A DNA stretch of 64,000 nt from an uncultured Spirochaetota bacterium (GCA_963845535.1 CAWJSK010000014.1:64001-128000); one strand, 5' to 3'; counted from the stretch's first letter, positions 1-10,431 are shown. A program made the numbers and translations. Notes: generated by a model not told the origin, from the letters alone.

Positions 1-1454
1 TGCAGCATGGCCTCGAAGATGGCGTCCCGCAGCGCAATAACCTGCGCCTTGGGAAGAGGCGTGCCATCAGCGCCTATGCCGGAGCGGGATTTTTTCGCGT
101 TGGAGATCACGCGGGGGTTCCGCTCAACGGGCAGCAGCATCTCCGCCTTTCCCTCCTGGACTTTCTCCGCGTTCCCGTTGGAGAACATCATGCTCCCGAT
201 CTGGTCGTCATCCGTGGAAATGCGGGGGGAAATCTCCAGGGACGCGGCCAGCTCGGTGATCCTGCGCAGGCGTTCCACGGCTCCCTTCTGGATGGATTCC
301 AGGTCTCCCGCTTTTGCGATTTTTGCGGCCACGAGCGACTCGCCAAAGCTCTTGATGCAGTCCACGTCCTGCCAGAGCGCAACTTCCTCTTTGGTGCGGT
401 ACGACGAAGCATCCGAGGGCGAGTGGCCCGAGTAGCGGTAGGTGACCACGTCGAGAAGGACGGGGCCTTTTCCCTCCTCGAGTATCTTCCTCTTGCGCTC
501 GATGGCGTCCGCCACCGCCAGCGGGTTGTATCCGTCCACGCGCTCCGCGTGCATCTGCTCGGGGTTGACCCCGGCGCCAATGCGGGCCAGGACCTTGAAC
601 CCCATGGTCTCTCCCATGGTCTGGCCGCCCATTCCATAGAAGTTGTTGAAGAAGCTGAACATGATAGGGGGCGCGCCGCCGATCTCCTTGGGCCACAGCG
701 TCCTGTACTGGTCCATCGCCGCTATCATCAACGCTTCCCAGACGGGTCCGCACCCGGATGAGCCGTCTCCGATGTTGGCAATGACGATGCCGGGCTTGCG
801 GTTGATCCGCTTGAACAAAGCCGCGCCCACCGAAATGTCAGCGGAGCCTCCCACGATGGCGTTGTTGGGCATGCTGCCGAACGGCGCGAAGAACGCGTGC
901 ATGGAGCCGCCCATTCCCTTGTTGAAGCCGTTCTCCCGTCCGAAGATCTCCGCAAGCGTTCCGTACAGCGAGTAATCGATGGCGAGGTCTTGCAGGGACC
1001 CCGTGTGCCCTTTCTGCACGGCGCGAAGCGGCGCCCCGCCCATGTAGGTTTCCATGATCGAGCTGAGCTTCTTCTCCGGAAGCTTTGCCACGGCGGAAAG
1101 GCACTTGGCGATGATCTCCCCGTGGCTGCGGTGTGACCCGAAGATGAAGTCATCAACGCCCAGGGTGAGGGATTGCCCGACAACGGTGGACTCCTGGCCA
1201 ACGGACAGGTGCGCCGGCCCCATGTGGTCATATGCAATCCCCTGGTAGGCGCCCTTCGTCTTGATGGTGTTGAGCATGGTCTCGAACTCGCGTATCACGA
1301 CCATGTCGTGGTACACGCGGATGAGCGTGTCCTTGCCGTACTTCTCGGCTTCCTTCTTGAGGTCACCGGCATATGTGTTGAGAGGGATGTCGCAGAGCGC
1401 GAGCTTCCCCGGCTTGCGCGTTTCGCGCGGGTCAACGACGATTGATTTCGGCAT
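1..1454 (-). CDS. Fused E1 alpha/beta TPP-dependent 2-oxoacid (pyruvate/acetoin-type) dehydrogenase, partial (runs off the left edge)
   Basis: Translated by hand from ATG at 1454: MPKSIVVDP...[11 protein letters not shown]...[11 protein letters not shown]...; IGDG and NNFYG TPP-binding motifs; lies directly downstream of the E2 gene. Confidence 0.85.
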   Translation of the reverse strand, partial: MPKSIVVDPRETRKPGKLALCDIPLNTYAGDLKKEAEKYGKDTLIRVYHDMVVIREFETMLNTIKTKGAYQGIAYDHMGPAHLSVGQESTVVGQSLTLGVDDFIFGSHRSHGEIIAKCLSAVAKLPEKKLSSIMETYMGGAPLRAVQKGHTGSLQDLAIDYSLYGTLAEIFGRENGFNKGMGGSMHAFFAPFGSMPNNAIVGGSADISVGAALFKRINRKPGIVIANIGDGSSGCGPVWEALMIAAMDQYRTLWPKEIGGAPPIMFSFFNNFYGMGGQTMGETMGFKVLARIGAGVNPEQMHAERVDGYNPLAVADAIERKRKILEEGKGPVLLDVVTYRYSGHSPSDASSYRTKEEVALWQDVDCIKSFGESLVAAKIAKAGDLESIQKGAVERLRRITELAASLEISPRISTDDDQIGSMMFSNGNAEKVQEGKAEMLLPVERNPRVISNAKKSRSGIGADGTPLPKAQVIALRDAIFEAML

Positions 1455-1475
1455 ACAAGCGATCTCCTGTAGTTT

Positions 1476-2768
1476 CTACTGGGCCAGCAGCAGGTCGAAG
1501 CGGGCGATGAGCCCCGAAAGCGTCTGAAGGAACCGCGCGCCCGGCGCTCCGTCCACCACCTGGTGATTGATCGTAAGGGAAAGCCCGATCTGCGGTATGA
1601 AGCTCACGTTCCCGCCGGCTCCCTGCGTTGCCCGAGGAGTGATGGAGCCAATTCCGATGATCCCGACCTGCGGCGGGTTCAACACCGGCGTGAAACTCTC
1701 CACGCCGAGCCCGCCGAGGTTGGTGACGGTGAACGTGGCGCCGGCAAGCTCATCAGGGGAAACGCGGCCTTCCCGGCACGCAGCCGCCAGACGGGAGGCT
1801 TCCGCGGCAATTGCCTTCAGGCCGAGCAAGCCCGCATTCCGGATGGTGGGGACGATGAGCCCGCGCGGGGTGTCCACGGCAAAACCGAGGTGGACATCGG
1901 CGTACTGCCTGATAACATCGCCCGAAAAATGCGCGTTCAGGTCAGGGTGCTGCAGCAGCGCGCGGGACACGGCGAAGAGCACCATGTCGTTGATCGTGAC
2001 GCTGCGAAGCCCCAGGGACTCGGGGCTTTCCTTGAACCTGGCGCGGAGCTCCTGCAGCGCGCGCGCATCCGCGGAGGCGTTCAGCGTGAGCTGCGCGGTT
2101 GTGGTCAGGGAGGCGAGCATGCGCTCCGCAATCAGCTTGCGCACGCCGGTCACTTTGATCTCACGCACCGCGCCTGAAGGCATGGGAGCGGGCTGAGGCA
2201 CGGCCACCGGCTGCGCCGAGGCAGCGGGAGCGGCCGCCGGCCGCAGCGCGGGCTGCGCGGCACCAGCGGTCCTTCCGCCATCCGCAATTGCCTGCTTCAC
2301 GTCTCTCTCGATGATGCGGCCGCCAGGCCCGGTGCCGCGGATGCCGACAAGAGCCACGGAGCTTGCAGCGGCAAGCGCCCTGGCCCTCGGGGAAGCCGCA
2401 ATCTTGCGGCCCGCAGGCGCTTGCGCGGAAATGGTCTCGACGGCCGCAGCGCTCAGGGGCTTGGGCGCGGGGGCGGGCGGGGAAACTGCGGTTGCGGCGC
2501 TTGTGCCCGCAGGACGGTCCACCTTTTCCCCCTGCCTCCCGATCATGGCGATGGTTTCAAGCACCGGCACCTGGCTTCCTGCTTCATGGTAGATTGCGAG
2601 CAGCGTTCCGTCCGCCGGGGACTCGACCTCGAACGACGCCTTGTCTGTTTCCACTTCACAGAGGACGTCACCGGTCTTGACTGCATCACCGATGTTTTTT
2701 TTCCAGCCGACGATCGCGCATGTCTCGACCGACTGGCCTTGTTTGGGGAGTATAACGGGGATTGCCAT
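1476..2768 (-). CDS. Dihydrolipoamide acyltransferase (E2) of a 2-oxoacid dehydrogenase complex
   Basis: Lipoyl domain EVETDKA, E3-binding ASPRAR...GTGPGGRI, catalytic domain with NHQVVDGA. Confidence 0.95.
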   Translation of the reverse strand: MAIPVILPKQGQSVETCAIVGWKKNIGDAVKTGDVLCEVETDKASFEVESPADGTLLAIYHEAGSQVPVLETIAMIGRQGEKVDRPAGTSAATAVSPPAPAPKPLSAAAVETISAQAPAGRKIAASPRARALAAASSVALVGIRGTGPGGRIIERDVKQAIADGGRTAGAAQPALRPAAAPAASAQPVAVPQPAPMPSGAVREIKVTGVRKLIAERMLASLTTTAQLTLNASADARALQELRARFKESPESLGLRSVTINDMVLFAVSRALLQHPDLNAHFSGDVIRQYADVHLGFAVDTPRGLIVPTIRNAGLLGLKAIAAEASRLAAACREGRVSPDELAGATFTVTNLGGLGVESFTPVLNPPQVGIIGIGSITPRATQGAGGNVSFIPQIGLSLTINHQVVDGAPGARFLQTLSGLIARFDLLLAQ

Positions 2769-2915
2769 TACGGTTCCTCACAGTAGTTTCGCGCTGGCCT
2801 GACTGTCAAGACAGGTCGTTCGTCTTAAGAGTTTGTCCGATCCGGGGTTTCCTCAACTCTTGACCCTGAAAAGTCGAACATGGTACTGTACACTCTCTCA
2901 CGAGGATAAGGAAGT

Positions 2916-3224
2916 ATGTCAGACGGCCAGAATCTCCCACCAATCGAGGATTTCTCATCGGACAAGATCTATTGCGCCAATTGCGTCCACTGCAAGCTGA
3001 TCAAGATACCACGGGGGGAAGGCGGCCAGTACGGGCTGAGGGTGCGCTGCGAGGCGGGAAAGTGGCGCAAGAAGCTCGGTGAGGAGAAGGTGTACAAGTA
3101 CTTCACCGTCGTCAGGCGGACGCTGGATCAGTGCGAAGCGTACGAGCCTATGGGCGACGTTGAGGTCTTCCTCAAAGAGCTGAAGAAAGACCTGCCCATC
3201 AAGGATGAAATCTACACTGTGTAG
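2916..3224 (+). CDS. Small Cys-rich hypothetical protein (CxxCxxC...C...C)
   Basis: GAGG SD, typical codon usage, five Cys residues. Confidence 0.75.
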   Translation: MSDGQNLPPIEDFSSDKIYCANCVHCKLIKIPRGEGGQYGLRVRCEAGKWRKKLGEEKVYKYFTVVRRTLDQCEAYEPMGDVEVFLKELKKDLPIKDEIYTV

Positions 3225-3236
3225 GGGCAGAACCTG

Positions 3237-3764
3237 ATGAAACTCAAGCTTTCGTTTCTTTTTATTCCGGCCGTCCTGAGCGTGAGCATCGCCGTTGTGA
3301 GCTGTCGGACTCAACCCCAGGTCATTTCGCCGGACTTGAGCGCAGCGGAAAGCTTCCAGCGCGCGCAAGACGCCGCTGACGGCGGAGACTATGCGCTGGC
3401 CATCAGGTACTACAGGAGTTTTCTGGACAACAATCCGAATATCCCGGACCGCGACATCTGGGCGCTGTACGAGATCGCGTTCAACTACCACAAGATGGGG
3501 AAGAACGCGAATGCCGTCGCCCTGCTCGACCAGGTACTCCAGCAATACCAGAACGACACGGGAACCCTCCCTGCCGCTCCGCGCATCCTCGCGCTGAAGC
3601 TGAAGGACCGGCTCGGGCCGGTCGTCGCTGCCGCCGCGGCAGCTTCTGCCTCTTCCGCTGCCAACTCTCCCGCGGCCGCAACTCCTGCGCCTGACTCTCC
3701 AGCAACCGCGTCTCCTGCCGCGCCGGGCCCTTCCTCTCCCGCTGCTCCTGCTCCTGCCCAGTGA
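3237..3764 (+). CDS. TPR/BamD-like lipoprotein with Ala/Pro-rich tail
   Basis: Signal peptide ending VVSC; TPR-like helices (DYALAIRYY, WALYEIAFNY). Confidence 0.7.
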   Translation: MKLKLSFLFIPAVLSVSIAVVSCRTQPQVISPDLSAAESFQRAQDAADGGDYALAIRYYRSFLDNNPNIPDRDIWALYEIAFNYHKMGKNANAVALLDQVLQQYQNDTGTLPAAPRILALKLKDRLGPVVAAAAAASASSAANSPAAATPAPDSPATASPAAPGPSSPAAPAPAQ

Positions 3765-4318
3765 AACGGTTTGCTTTCTGTCCTGTTTGCGGCGCAGGGC
3801 TCGAAGGAAACGGTGTCGGGATTGCTCCTCACGCTCAGGGCCCGGTCGACGTGCTCGTCTGTCCTGCCTGTGATTTTCATTTCTGGCAAGGCTCCAAACC
3901 CGCCGTCGGCGCCATCCTCATGCGCACCATTGGCGGCAAGCGCCAGGTCCTGCTTACCCGCCGCGGCATAGAGCCGTACAAAGGGGAGTGGGACTTGCCG
4001 GGCGGATTTCTGGGAAACGGGGAAAGACCGGAGGATGGCCTCGGCCGGGAGCTTCGTGAGGAGCTCGACGTGGCGGTCTCCAATCCGAGGTTCTTCACGA
4101 CGGAGATCGACCAGTACAATCGGGATGACATCGCCAGTCAGGCGAGGTTTGTTCTCAGCTTGTTCTTCGTGTGTGACGTTGCCGCTGATGCAAAGTTTGC
4201 GCCCGATGACGACGTTGTCGAGGCGGCGTGGTTCCCGCTCGAGATGCTGCCCGCGGAGCTGGCATTCGACTGCAACCGCAGGGTGCTCACGAAGCTGGTT
4301 GCGTCCCTGAACCAGTAA
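3761..4318 (+). CDS. NUDIX hydrolase with N-terminal zinc ribbon
   Basis: CPVC...CPAC; Nudix box GGFLGNGERPEDGLGRELREEL. Confidence 0.9.
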   Translation: MKRFAFCPVCGAGLEGNGVGIAPHAQGPVDVLVCPACDFHFWQGSKPAVGAILMRTIGGKRQVLLTRRGIEPYKGEWDLPGGFLGNGERPEDGLGRELREELDVAVSNPRFFTTEIDQYNRDDIASQARFVLSLFFVCDVAADAKFAPDDDVVEAAWFPLEMLPAELAFDCNRRVLTKLVASLNQ

Positions 4319-4324
4319 GCCCGT

Positions 4325-4969
4325 TCAACCGGCCGGCGCTTCACTTGCGTCCCGACCGACTGATTCCGTGAGTCGAAGCAGCTTCTCCTTGTCCAGAAGA
4401 GAAATAGCGTCTCCCGTGATCCCCAGGATGCCTTCTCCCTGCAGGCTCGTGAACACTCCGCGGACCTCGTCCATTGGCATTTCGAACGCCATGGAGGCGT
4501 CATCAAGGGTGCTTTGGAACGGCACCTCCGTCTGACCGGCCGGGAGCTCCTGGAACACGTATCGAAGGTGAAGCGCTATCTGGCCGCGCGCGTCGCGCCT
4601 GACGAGGTGTTGGATCTGAAGATGGGCGTTCTGGAGACGGCGGCAGAGCTTGTCAATGATGGACAAGGCGATGCGCGCGTTCCGCGTTATCATGTTCTGC
4701 AGACCTTCCCGGTCGAACACCAGCAGCTCCACCGCATCCACGGCGGTCACCGTGGCCGTGCGCCGCGTGCGGTTGACGATGGCGGTCTCCCCGAAGAAGT
4801 CTCCCTTCTCCAGTATCGAGACGACATGAACTTTGTCCGCGAAACGCTTGCTGACCCGGACCTTGCCCTTTTGGATGATATACATCTCTTCGCCCTCTTC
4901 CCCCTCGCGGCAAATGACCGCACCGGGGGCATAGGACTTTGTGAAGCGCTGGAGGAGCTCGTCTGGCAT
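4325..4969 (-). CDS. Crp/Fnr-family cyclic-nucleotide-binding protein
   Basis: cNMP domain: ICREGEEGEEMYII..GKV, GDFFGE, RTATV. Confidence 0.88.
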   Translation of the reverse strand: MPDELLQRFTKSYAPGAVICREGEEGEEMYIIQKGKVRVSKRFADKVHVVSILEKGDFFGETAIVNRTRRTATVTAVDAVELLVFDREGLQNMITRNARIALSIIDKLCRRLQNAHLQIQHLVRRDARGQIALHLRYVFQELPAGQTEVPFQSTLDDASMAFEMPMDEVRGVFTSLQGEGILGITGDAISLLDKEKLLRLTESVGRDASEAPAG

Positions 4970-5051
4970 GGCAGGGATCAACTATAGAGAAAAGTGAATG
5001 GAGTCGCAAGCGGCGGGACTTCCTGACTGTGTAAAAGAGACGGAGGCCCCC

Positions 5052-6068
5052 ATGAAAATCTGCCGCATGATCCCGTTCCTCCCCCTTGTCGTGATGATCT
5101 CGTGCGGCCCGGTCCCTGACCCGAGGTCGGGGCAGCAGGTGGACCTTCGCCCTCCGGTGATCGAGTCGGTGTGCTCCACGGGTCCGGCAGAGATCACCAT
5201 CTGCTTCGATGAAGAGGCAAGCCTGATCCCTGAAAAAACCCGGATCACTCCTGGCCTCACCGTCCTTGAGACTACGGGGCCGTCAAAAACCATTGTCGTG
5301 CGGGTGGATAGGCAACAGCCCGGGCTTGAATACGCCCTGGAAGGAGAGGCCAGTGACGCCAGTGGAAATACGGCCGCTTTCCTTGCCAGCTTCTACGGCT
5401 TCAACCCGAACGTCCCGCGGCTTGTCATCAATGAGCTCATCACCCAGGGAACCACGGACCATCCCGACATGCTGGAGATCAAGGTGCTCTCCAACGGAGA
5501 CATGGGCGGCGTGACTCTCTACCAGGGAACGCCGGGAAGCTTTGATGACCGGCTGGTGTTCCCTTCGTTCCCGGTCAGGCAGGGGGAGTTCATCGTGGTC
5601 CATTTCAAGCCCAGCGGTGACGGCACGGAGATCAATGAAACCAGCGACACTGCATCCTCCGGTGGCGTAGATGCCTGCGCCACCGCATACGATTTCTGGG
5701 TGGCGGGCGGACGCGGCATCTCGGGGAACAACGGTGTCCTCTCGGTCTACCAGAGGCCGGGCGGGAACCTGGTGGATGGCGTGCTGTACAGCAATCGCAA
5801 TTCCACCTCGGATGAGAAGTACCTCGGGTTCGGCTCCGCTGCCATGCTTGCGCGCGCGGAGGAGGTGGTGCGTGACGGGGGGTGGCGGATCAGCGGGAAG
5901 CGCGTCAGCCCGGAAGAAGCAGTCAATCCGGACGGCTCCACCAGCACGCGGTCGCTGTGCCGCTCATCAGGAAGCGCGGATACGGACTCAGCAGCGGACT
6001 GGCACATCGTTCCCACGCGGAAGGCAAGCTGGGGCCGGGACAACACGGACGAGGTCTACGTGCCGTAG
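5052..6068 (+). CDS. Lipoprotein with Ig-like and lamin-tail-like domains
   Basis: Lipobox MISC; LVINE..(D)MLEI lamin-tail-like motif. Confidence 0.65.
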   Translation: MKICRMIPFLPLVVMISCGPVPDPRSGQQVDLRPPVIESVCSTGPAEITICFDEEASLIPEKTRITPGLTVLETTGPSKTIVVRVDRQQPGLEYALEGEASDASGNTAAFLASFYGFNPNVPRLVINELITQGTTDHPDMLEIKVLSNGDMGGVTLYQGTPGSFDDRLVFPSFPVRQGEFIVVHFKPSGDGTEINETSDTASSGGVDACATAYDFWVAGGRGISGNNGVLSVYQRPGGNLVDGVLYSNRNSTSDEKYLGFGSAAMLARAEEVVRDGGWRISGKRVSPEEAVNPDGSTSTRSLCRSSGSADTDSAADWHIVPTRKASWGRDNTDEVYVP

Positions 6069-6082
6069 GGGACGCGGTGCTC

Positions 6083-6406
6083 CTAGAGCATCTCCTTGAT
6101 GATTTTCTCCAGGGCTGGGCGGGGAAGGGCGCCGATCTGCTGCTTGACCACCTGGCCCTTGTTGAAGAACAGGAGCGTGGGGATGCTCACGATATTGAAC
6201 TGGGTTGCAAGCTCGGGCTCCTGGTCCACGTCTATCTTGGCCACTTTCAGCTTGTCCTTGTATTGCGCCGCGAGATCCTTGAGGACAGGAGCAATCATCT
6301 TGCAGGGGCCGCACCATTCCGCCCAGAAATCGGCTACAACGGGGACCGGTGATGAGATCACCTCAGCGTCGAAATTCGTCTTTGTAACAACCACTTCTTC
6401 AGCCAC
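6083..6406 (-). CDS. trxA: Thioredoxin
   Basis: WAEWCGPCK active site, SIPTL; GAGGAGG SD before GTG. Confidence 0.96.
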   Translation of the reverse strand: MAEEVVVTKTNFDAEVISSPVPVVADFWAEWCGPCKMIAPVLKDLAAQYKDKLKVAKIDVDQEPELATQFNIVSIPTLLFFNKGQVVKQQIGALPRPALEKIIKEML

Positions 6407-6565
6407 GGGCGCCCCTCCTCTCATTTCTCAGGGCCTAAATATAGCCCTCTCCGGGAGCCTTGAGCAAGACGGCCGCTCAGGGCGGGAACGGCACCCCCGC
6501 CACGCCGGGGCAGCAGGGCACGCCCCAATGGGGCTCGCCCGGCTCGCTTCGTCCAGCCCGGTTTG

Positions 6566-7030
6566 TCAGCCCAGTCTGGGCAGAAGGTCCGCCATCTCCA
6601 GCGCGGCGAGCATGGCGTCCCACCCCTTGTTGCCGCTTTTGACGCCTGCGCGCTCGAGGGCTTGCTCCAGCGTGTCACAGGTCAGCACGCCGAAGATGAT
6701 GGGCCGCCCGGTGCGCAATGATTCCGAGGCAATGCCCTTGGATGCCTCGGCGGCAACGTAGTCGAAGTGGGGCGTATCACCGCGAATGACCGCCCCCAGG
6801 CTGACCACCGCGTCGTATTTGCCGCTGGAGGCCAACCGGCCCGCGACAAGGGGAATTTCCCGGCTGCCGGGAACGCGGACGAGAGTGAGGTTTTTCTCAT
6901 CGCCATCGTGGCGGAGAAAGCAGTCAATGGCGCCCTCGATGAGGCGGCCGACAATCATGTCGTTGAATCGTCCGGCCACCAGCGCGACGCGCCGCTCCGT
7001 GGCGCGCAGCATGCCTTGAATCTGTTCCAT
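6566..7030 (-). CDS. ribH: 6,7-dimethyl-8-ribityllumazine synthase
   Basis: RFN, VPGS.EIP, LGAVIRGDTPHFDYV, GVKSGNKG. Confidence 0.96.
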   Translation of the reverse strand: MEQIQGMLRATERRVALVAGRFNDMIVGRLIEGAIDCFLRHDGDEKNLTLVRVPGSREIPLVAGRLASSGKYDAVVSLGAVIRGDTPHFDYVAAEASKGIASESLRTGRPIIFGVLTCDTLEQALERAGVKSGNKGWDAMLAALEMADLLPRLG

Positions 7031-7055
7031 CGTTTTTCTCCTGTTGACGAGTTTT

Positions 7056-8327
7056 TCACAGCACGTGACCGAGCAGGTCGCGTTTGGTCTGGATGTAACG
7101 CATGTTATGGGGATTTGCGGCAACCTGCAGAGGTACACGGTCGATGACTCGGATCCCATACTCGGAGAGCCCGGCAACCTTGTCAGGATTGTTCGTGAGC
7201 AATCGCACGCGGGTGCGCCCCATCAGACGAAGGATCTGCGCCGCCTCCCAATACTCCCGCAGGTCCGCCGGGAAGCCGAGGCGCACGTTCGCCTCCACCG
7301 TGTCCAGCCCCTGGTCCTGCAACTCATATGCCCGCAGCTTCGCGGCCAGGCCAATCCCACGGCCTTCCTGGCGCAGGTAGATGAGCGCCCCCTCCCTTTC
7401 GGCGCCAAGGCGGCGCATGCTCTCAGAAAGCTGCTCTCCGCAGTCGCATCGCAGTGACCCGAAGGCGTCCCCCGTTTGGCATTCGGAGTGGACGCGCACC
7501 AGAAGGGGCGCATCCGATTCCCGCTCGTCCTCGGGCGGCGCGTCGAGCGGCAGACCCCGAGTCAAGAGGAGAGGCCCCTCCTTCGACGAACCGTACGGCG
7601 AGTCAAAGTGCTGGATTGTGAAGGTGCCCCATCGCGTGGGCAGCTCAGCGCGCGCGGTGGGAATCACAAGGCGTTCGCAAAGGCGGCGAAACCACACGAC
7701 ATCAGCGACGCTGATGATGGGGAGACCGAGGCGCCGCGCGAAATCCTCCAGGTCCTTCCCGCGGGCCATGCAGCCGCCATCACTCATGATTTCGCAAATC
7801 GCGCACGAGCGGGGGATGCCGGCCATTCGGCACAGGTCGACCGCAGCCTCCGTGTGCCCTCGCCTCTCAAGGACACCGCCGGGCCGGGCAACGATAGGGA
7901 AGACGTGTCCGGGCCGAGCCAGGTCCTCCGGGCGGCTCCCCGCGTTCGCCAGGCCTCGGAGCGTGGCAGCGCGGTCCGCGGCAGAAATGCCCGTCGTAGT
8001 GCCGTGAACCCAGTCCACGCTCTGCGTGAAGGCCGTGCCCTGCAGCGACTCCCTTTTTCCGCCCACCTGAACCCTGAGCTCGAGGCGTTGCGCGCGTTCT
8101 CCATCAATTGCGCAGCAGATCAAGCCGCGGGCCTCACGCGCCATGAGGTTGATATCGTCCGCGGTGACGGCGGCAGCGGCTACCATGAGGTCTCCCTCGC
8201 CCTCGCGATCCGCATCATCAGCCACGACGATCATGCCTCCTCGGCGAAGCGCCGCGATTGCGCGCTCGACGGCATGCCCGATCTCCCGCGTCGCCGAAGG
8301 CGCGGCTCTGTCCGTGACGGTGCTCAT
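7056..8327 (-). CDS. ribBA: Bifunctional DHBP synthase / GTP cyclohydrolase II
   Basis: DREGEGD, TTGISAADR, RRGHTEA; VHSECQTGD.FGSLRCDC, QEGRGIGL, LTNNP. Confidence 0.96.
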   Translation of the reverse strand: MSTVTDRAAPSATREIGHAVERAIAALRRGGMIVVADDADREGEGDLMVAAAAVTADDINLMAREARGLICCAIDGERAQRLELRVQVGGKRESLQGTAFTQSVDWVHGTTTGISAADRAATLRGLANAGSRPEDLARPGHVFPIVARPGGVLERRGHTEAAVDLCRMAGIPRSCAICEIMSDGGCMARGKDLEDFARRLGLPIISVADVVWFRRLCERLVIPTARAELPTRWGTFTIQHFDSPYGSSKEGPLLLTRGLPLDAPPEDERESDAPLLVRVHSECQTGDAFGSLRCDCGEQLSESMRRLGAEREGALIYLRQEGRGIGLAAKLRAYELQDQGLDTVEANVRLGFPADLREYWEAAQILRLMGRTRVRLLTNNPDKVAGLSEYGIRVIDRVPLQVAANPHNMRYIQTKRDLLGHVL

Positions 8328-8994
8328 GAATACCCCCAGCCGTTCAATTTCTCTTGCGTCAGGCCTGAGCCTTGCGTGAAGACCGCCTTCACGGCCGCGC
8401 GCACATAGGAGGCAAGGATGTCCAGCTCGATGTTCACGAGATCCCCTCCTTCTTCAGAGCGAGGGTGGTTGCCTGCCTGGTGTGTGGAATGATGGACATG
8501 CGAGCGCTCAGGCTCCGCACGCCGGAGCTTGCCGCGCCGCGAACGACCTCCGCTACCGTCAGGCTTATCCCGTCCACCGCGATCGAGCCTTCCGGCGAAA
8601 CCCGGTCCTCCCACGACGGATCCAGCCCGAGAGTCAAAAACCATGCGCCGGCCTCCGCTCTCCAGGAAAGGATTCGCGCCGTTCCCGTCACATGTCCCAT
8701 GACCATGTGACCGCCAAACCGACCGTCAGCGCGCATGGCTCTCTCGAGGTTCACCCGCGCGCCCGGCTTCAGTCTTCGAAAGCTCGTTTTTGCAAGCGTG
8801 TCTCCCACGGCCTCGACCGAGAAGGTCGAGGCCGTGGCGGCAACCACGGTCTGGCAGACGCCGTCGACATTGATCGAATCTCCGATTGCAAGCCCGTTGG
8901 CCACCGTGGGACAGAGGATCTCGATCAGAATGCCCTGGGAGCTCCGGCTGACCGAAGCGGCGCTGCCCACAGCCTCGATCAATCCTGTGAACAT
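8324..8994 (-). CDS. ribE: Riboflavin synthase (alpha chain), apparent 1-nt deletion at about 8443-8446
   Basis: MFTGLIE start, GGHMVMGHV; the C-terminus GDLVNIELDILASYV is in another frame, and adding one G to a G4 run restores it. Confidence 0.9.
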
Positions 8995-10142
8995 GGCCCC
9001 TCCCTCAACGCCGTTGGATTGCGCGCGTCAAGACGGACAAACCCGTCGTGGACCTGGAATCGAGCACCCTCGATCTTTATCCCGGTATCCGGCGACTGCG
9101 TGCCGAGGTCACCAACAGCTTCAATGCCCCGCCCGAGAATCAGCGGCGCGATGAATACTGTGGCAACGTCCCAGGAGGCGCAGGCAAGAAAGGCAGTCAA
9201 GAGTCGCGAGCCGCCCTCCACCAGGACCGAGCCGATCCCCTCCGAATACAAAACGCGAAGCGCTTCCCGCAGATCAATCAGCCCGTCGGCAGCAGGAGCA
9301 ACTTCGAGCACGCGGACTCCGGCGGACTGACATTGGGCCACGGCCGGGCTGGAGCGCGCAGCCAGGACAATCGTTCCGGCGAGGAGCGGCGGCGCAAAGG
9401 CGCGGGCATTCATTGGCAGCAGTTCGCGCCCGGCGAGAACGACCCGAAGCGGCTGGCGAGATCCCAGCTCTGGTCTGATGGGGGCATCTCGGACGGTCAG
9501 CTCGGGGTCATCCGCGCGGAGCGTGCCCGCTCCGACCATCACCGCGTCGTGCTGAGAGCGCAGCTCGTGCGCCTGCACGCGGGCGCCGCCGTTCGTGATC
9601 CAGCGGGATGCGCCTCCGAGGCATGCCAGCCGGCCGTCGAGGCTCTGGGCCCACTTGATACGGATGAACGGGCGGCGCAGGCGGATGGAGACCGAAAACG
9701 CCTCGATGAGCTCATCTCCTCGGTCGGCAAGGACGCCCCCCTGGACGAGCACGCCTGCCTCTCGCAGCCGGGAAGCCCCTTTCCCCGAAACCAGGGGATT
9801 AGGGTCCTGAGAAGCGAACACAACCCGCGAGATTCCCGCGGCAATAATCGTCTCCGTGCACGGGGGGGTCTTCTTGGCGCCGCCGCAGTGGCAGCACGGC
9901 TCCAGCGAACAATACAAGGTCGTGCCGGAGAAGGATGTCCCGTCTGCCTCGAGGGATTTTTGAGCGTCCAACAGCGCAGCCACTTCCGCGTGGGGCGAAC
10001 CGGGGCCCCTGTGGAAACCTTGTCCAATGACAAGGCCGTCCCTCACCAGGACTGCGCCCACAGCGGGATTGATCCCGGCGAAGGGCAGAGATCTTCTTGC
10101 AAGGGAGATTGCCCGCTCCATGAATGACATATCTGTGCCCAT
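8979..10142 (-). CDS. ribD: Riboflavin biosynthesis deaminase/reductase
   Basis: NPAVGAV, HAE, LEPCCH...TPPC, KWAQSLDG, VEGG. Confidence 0.95.
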   Translation of the reverse strand: MGTDMSFMERAISLARRSLPFAGINPAVGAVLVRDGLVIGQGFHRGPGSPHAEVAALLDAQKSLEADGTSFSGTTLYCSLEPCCHCGGAKKTPPCTETIIAAGISRVVFASQDPNPLVSGKGASRLREAGVLVQGGVLADRGDELIEAFSVSIRLRRPFIRIKWAQSLDGRLACLGGASRWITNGGARVQAHELRSQHDAVMVGAGTLRADDPELTVRDAPIRPELGSRQPLRVVLAGRELLPMNARAFAPPLLAGTIVLAARSSPAVAQCQSAGVRVLEVAPAADGLIDLREALRVLYSEGIGSVLVEGGSRLLTAFLACASWDVATVFIAPLILGRGIEAVGDLGTQSPDTGIKIEGARFQVHDGFVRLDARNPTALREGPCSQD

Positions 10143-10202
10143 GGCATTCCTCACGGGGCGGGTGCGATTGCCTTGAAACGTTCAACTCAAGATCTGGGAA
10201 GT

Positions 10203-10334
10203 CGATCTTTTCCCATCCGGACTCTACCGTCGGCACCGGAATTACACCGGTTCAATTTCGAAAACTCCGTACAGAGCTCCGAAAGTCGCGGGCTGTCACC
10301 GCCGGTGGGGAATTCCACCCCGCCCCAAAGATCA
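10203..10334 (-). ncRNA. FMN riboswitch (RFN element)
   Basis: Reverse complement reads ATCTTTGGGGCGGGGTGGAATTCCCCACCGGCGGT..AGCCCGCGA...CCGGTGTAATTCCGGTGCCGACGGTAGAGTCCGGATGGGAAAAGAT, the canonical RFN; sits upstream of the rib operon. Confidence 0.96.
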
Positions 10335-10339
10335 CCTGG

Positions 10340-10369
10340 AGTATACAAAGATCCATCTCTTGTCGTCAA
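10340..10369 (-). promoter_or_regulatory. Sigma70-like promoter for the riboswitch/rib operon
   Basis: TTGACG-N18-TATACT ending just 5' of the riboswitch. Confidence 0.65.
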
Positions 10370-10374
10370 TAGTA

Positions 10375-10416
10375 GGTAAGGAGGCAGGGGTAGGGAGGCA
10401 AGGGTAGGGAGGCAGC
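10375..10416. repeat. 14-bp tandem repeat x3
   Basis: ggtaaggaggcagg / ggtagggaggcaag / ggtagggaggcagc. Confidence 0.8.
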
Positions 10417-10431
10417 CGACGGTCCACCGCG

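Noticed and set aside
6430..6565. GC-rich intergenic stretch between ribH and trxA as a possible ncRNA
   Set aside because: No SRP, tRNA or riboswitch motif; short stems are expected at this GC content
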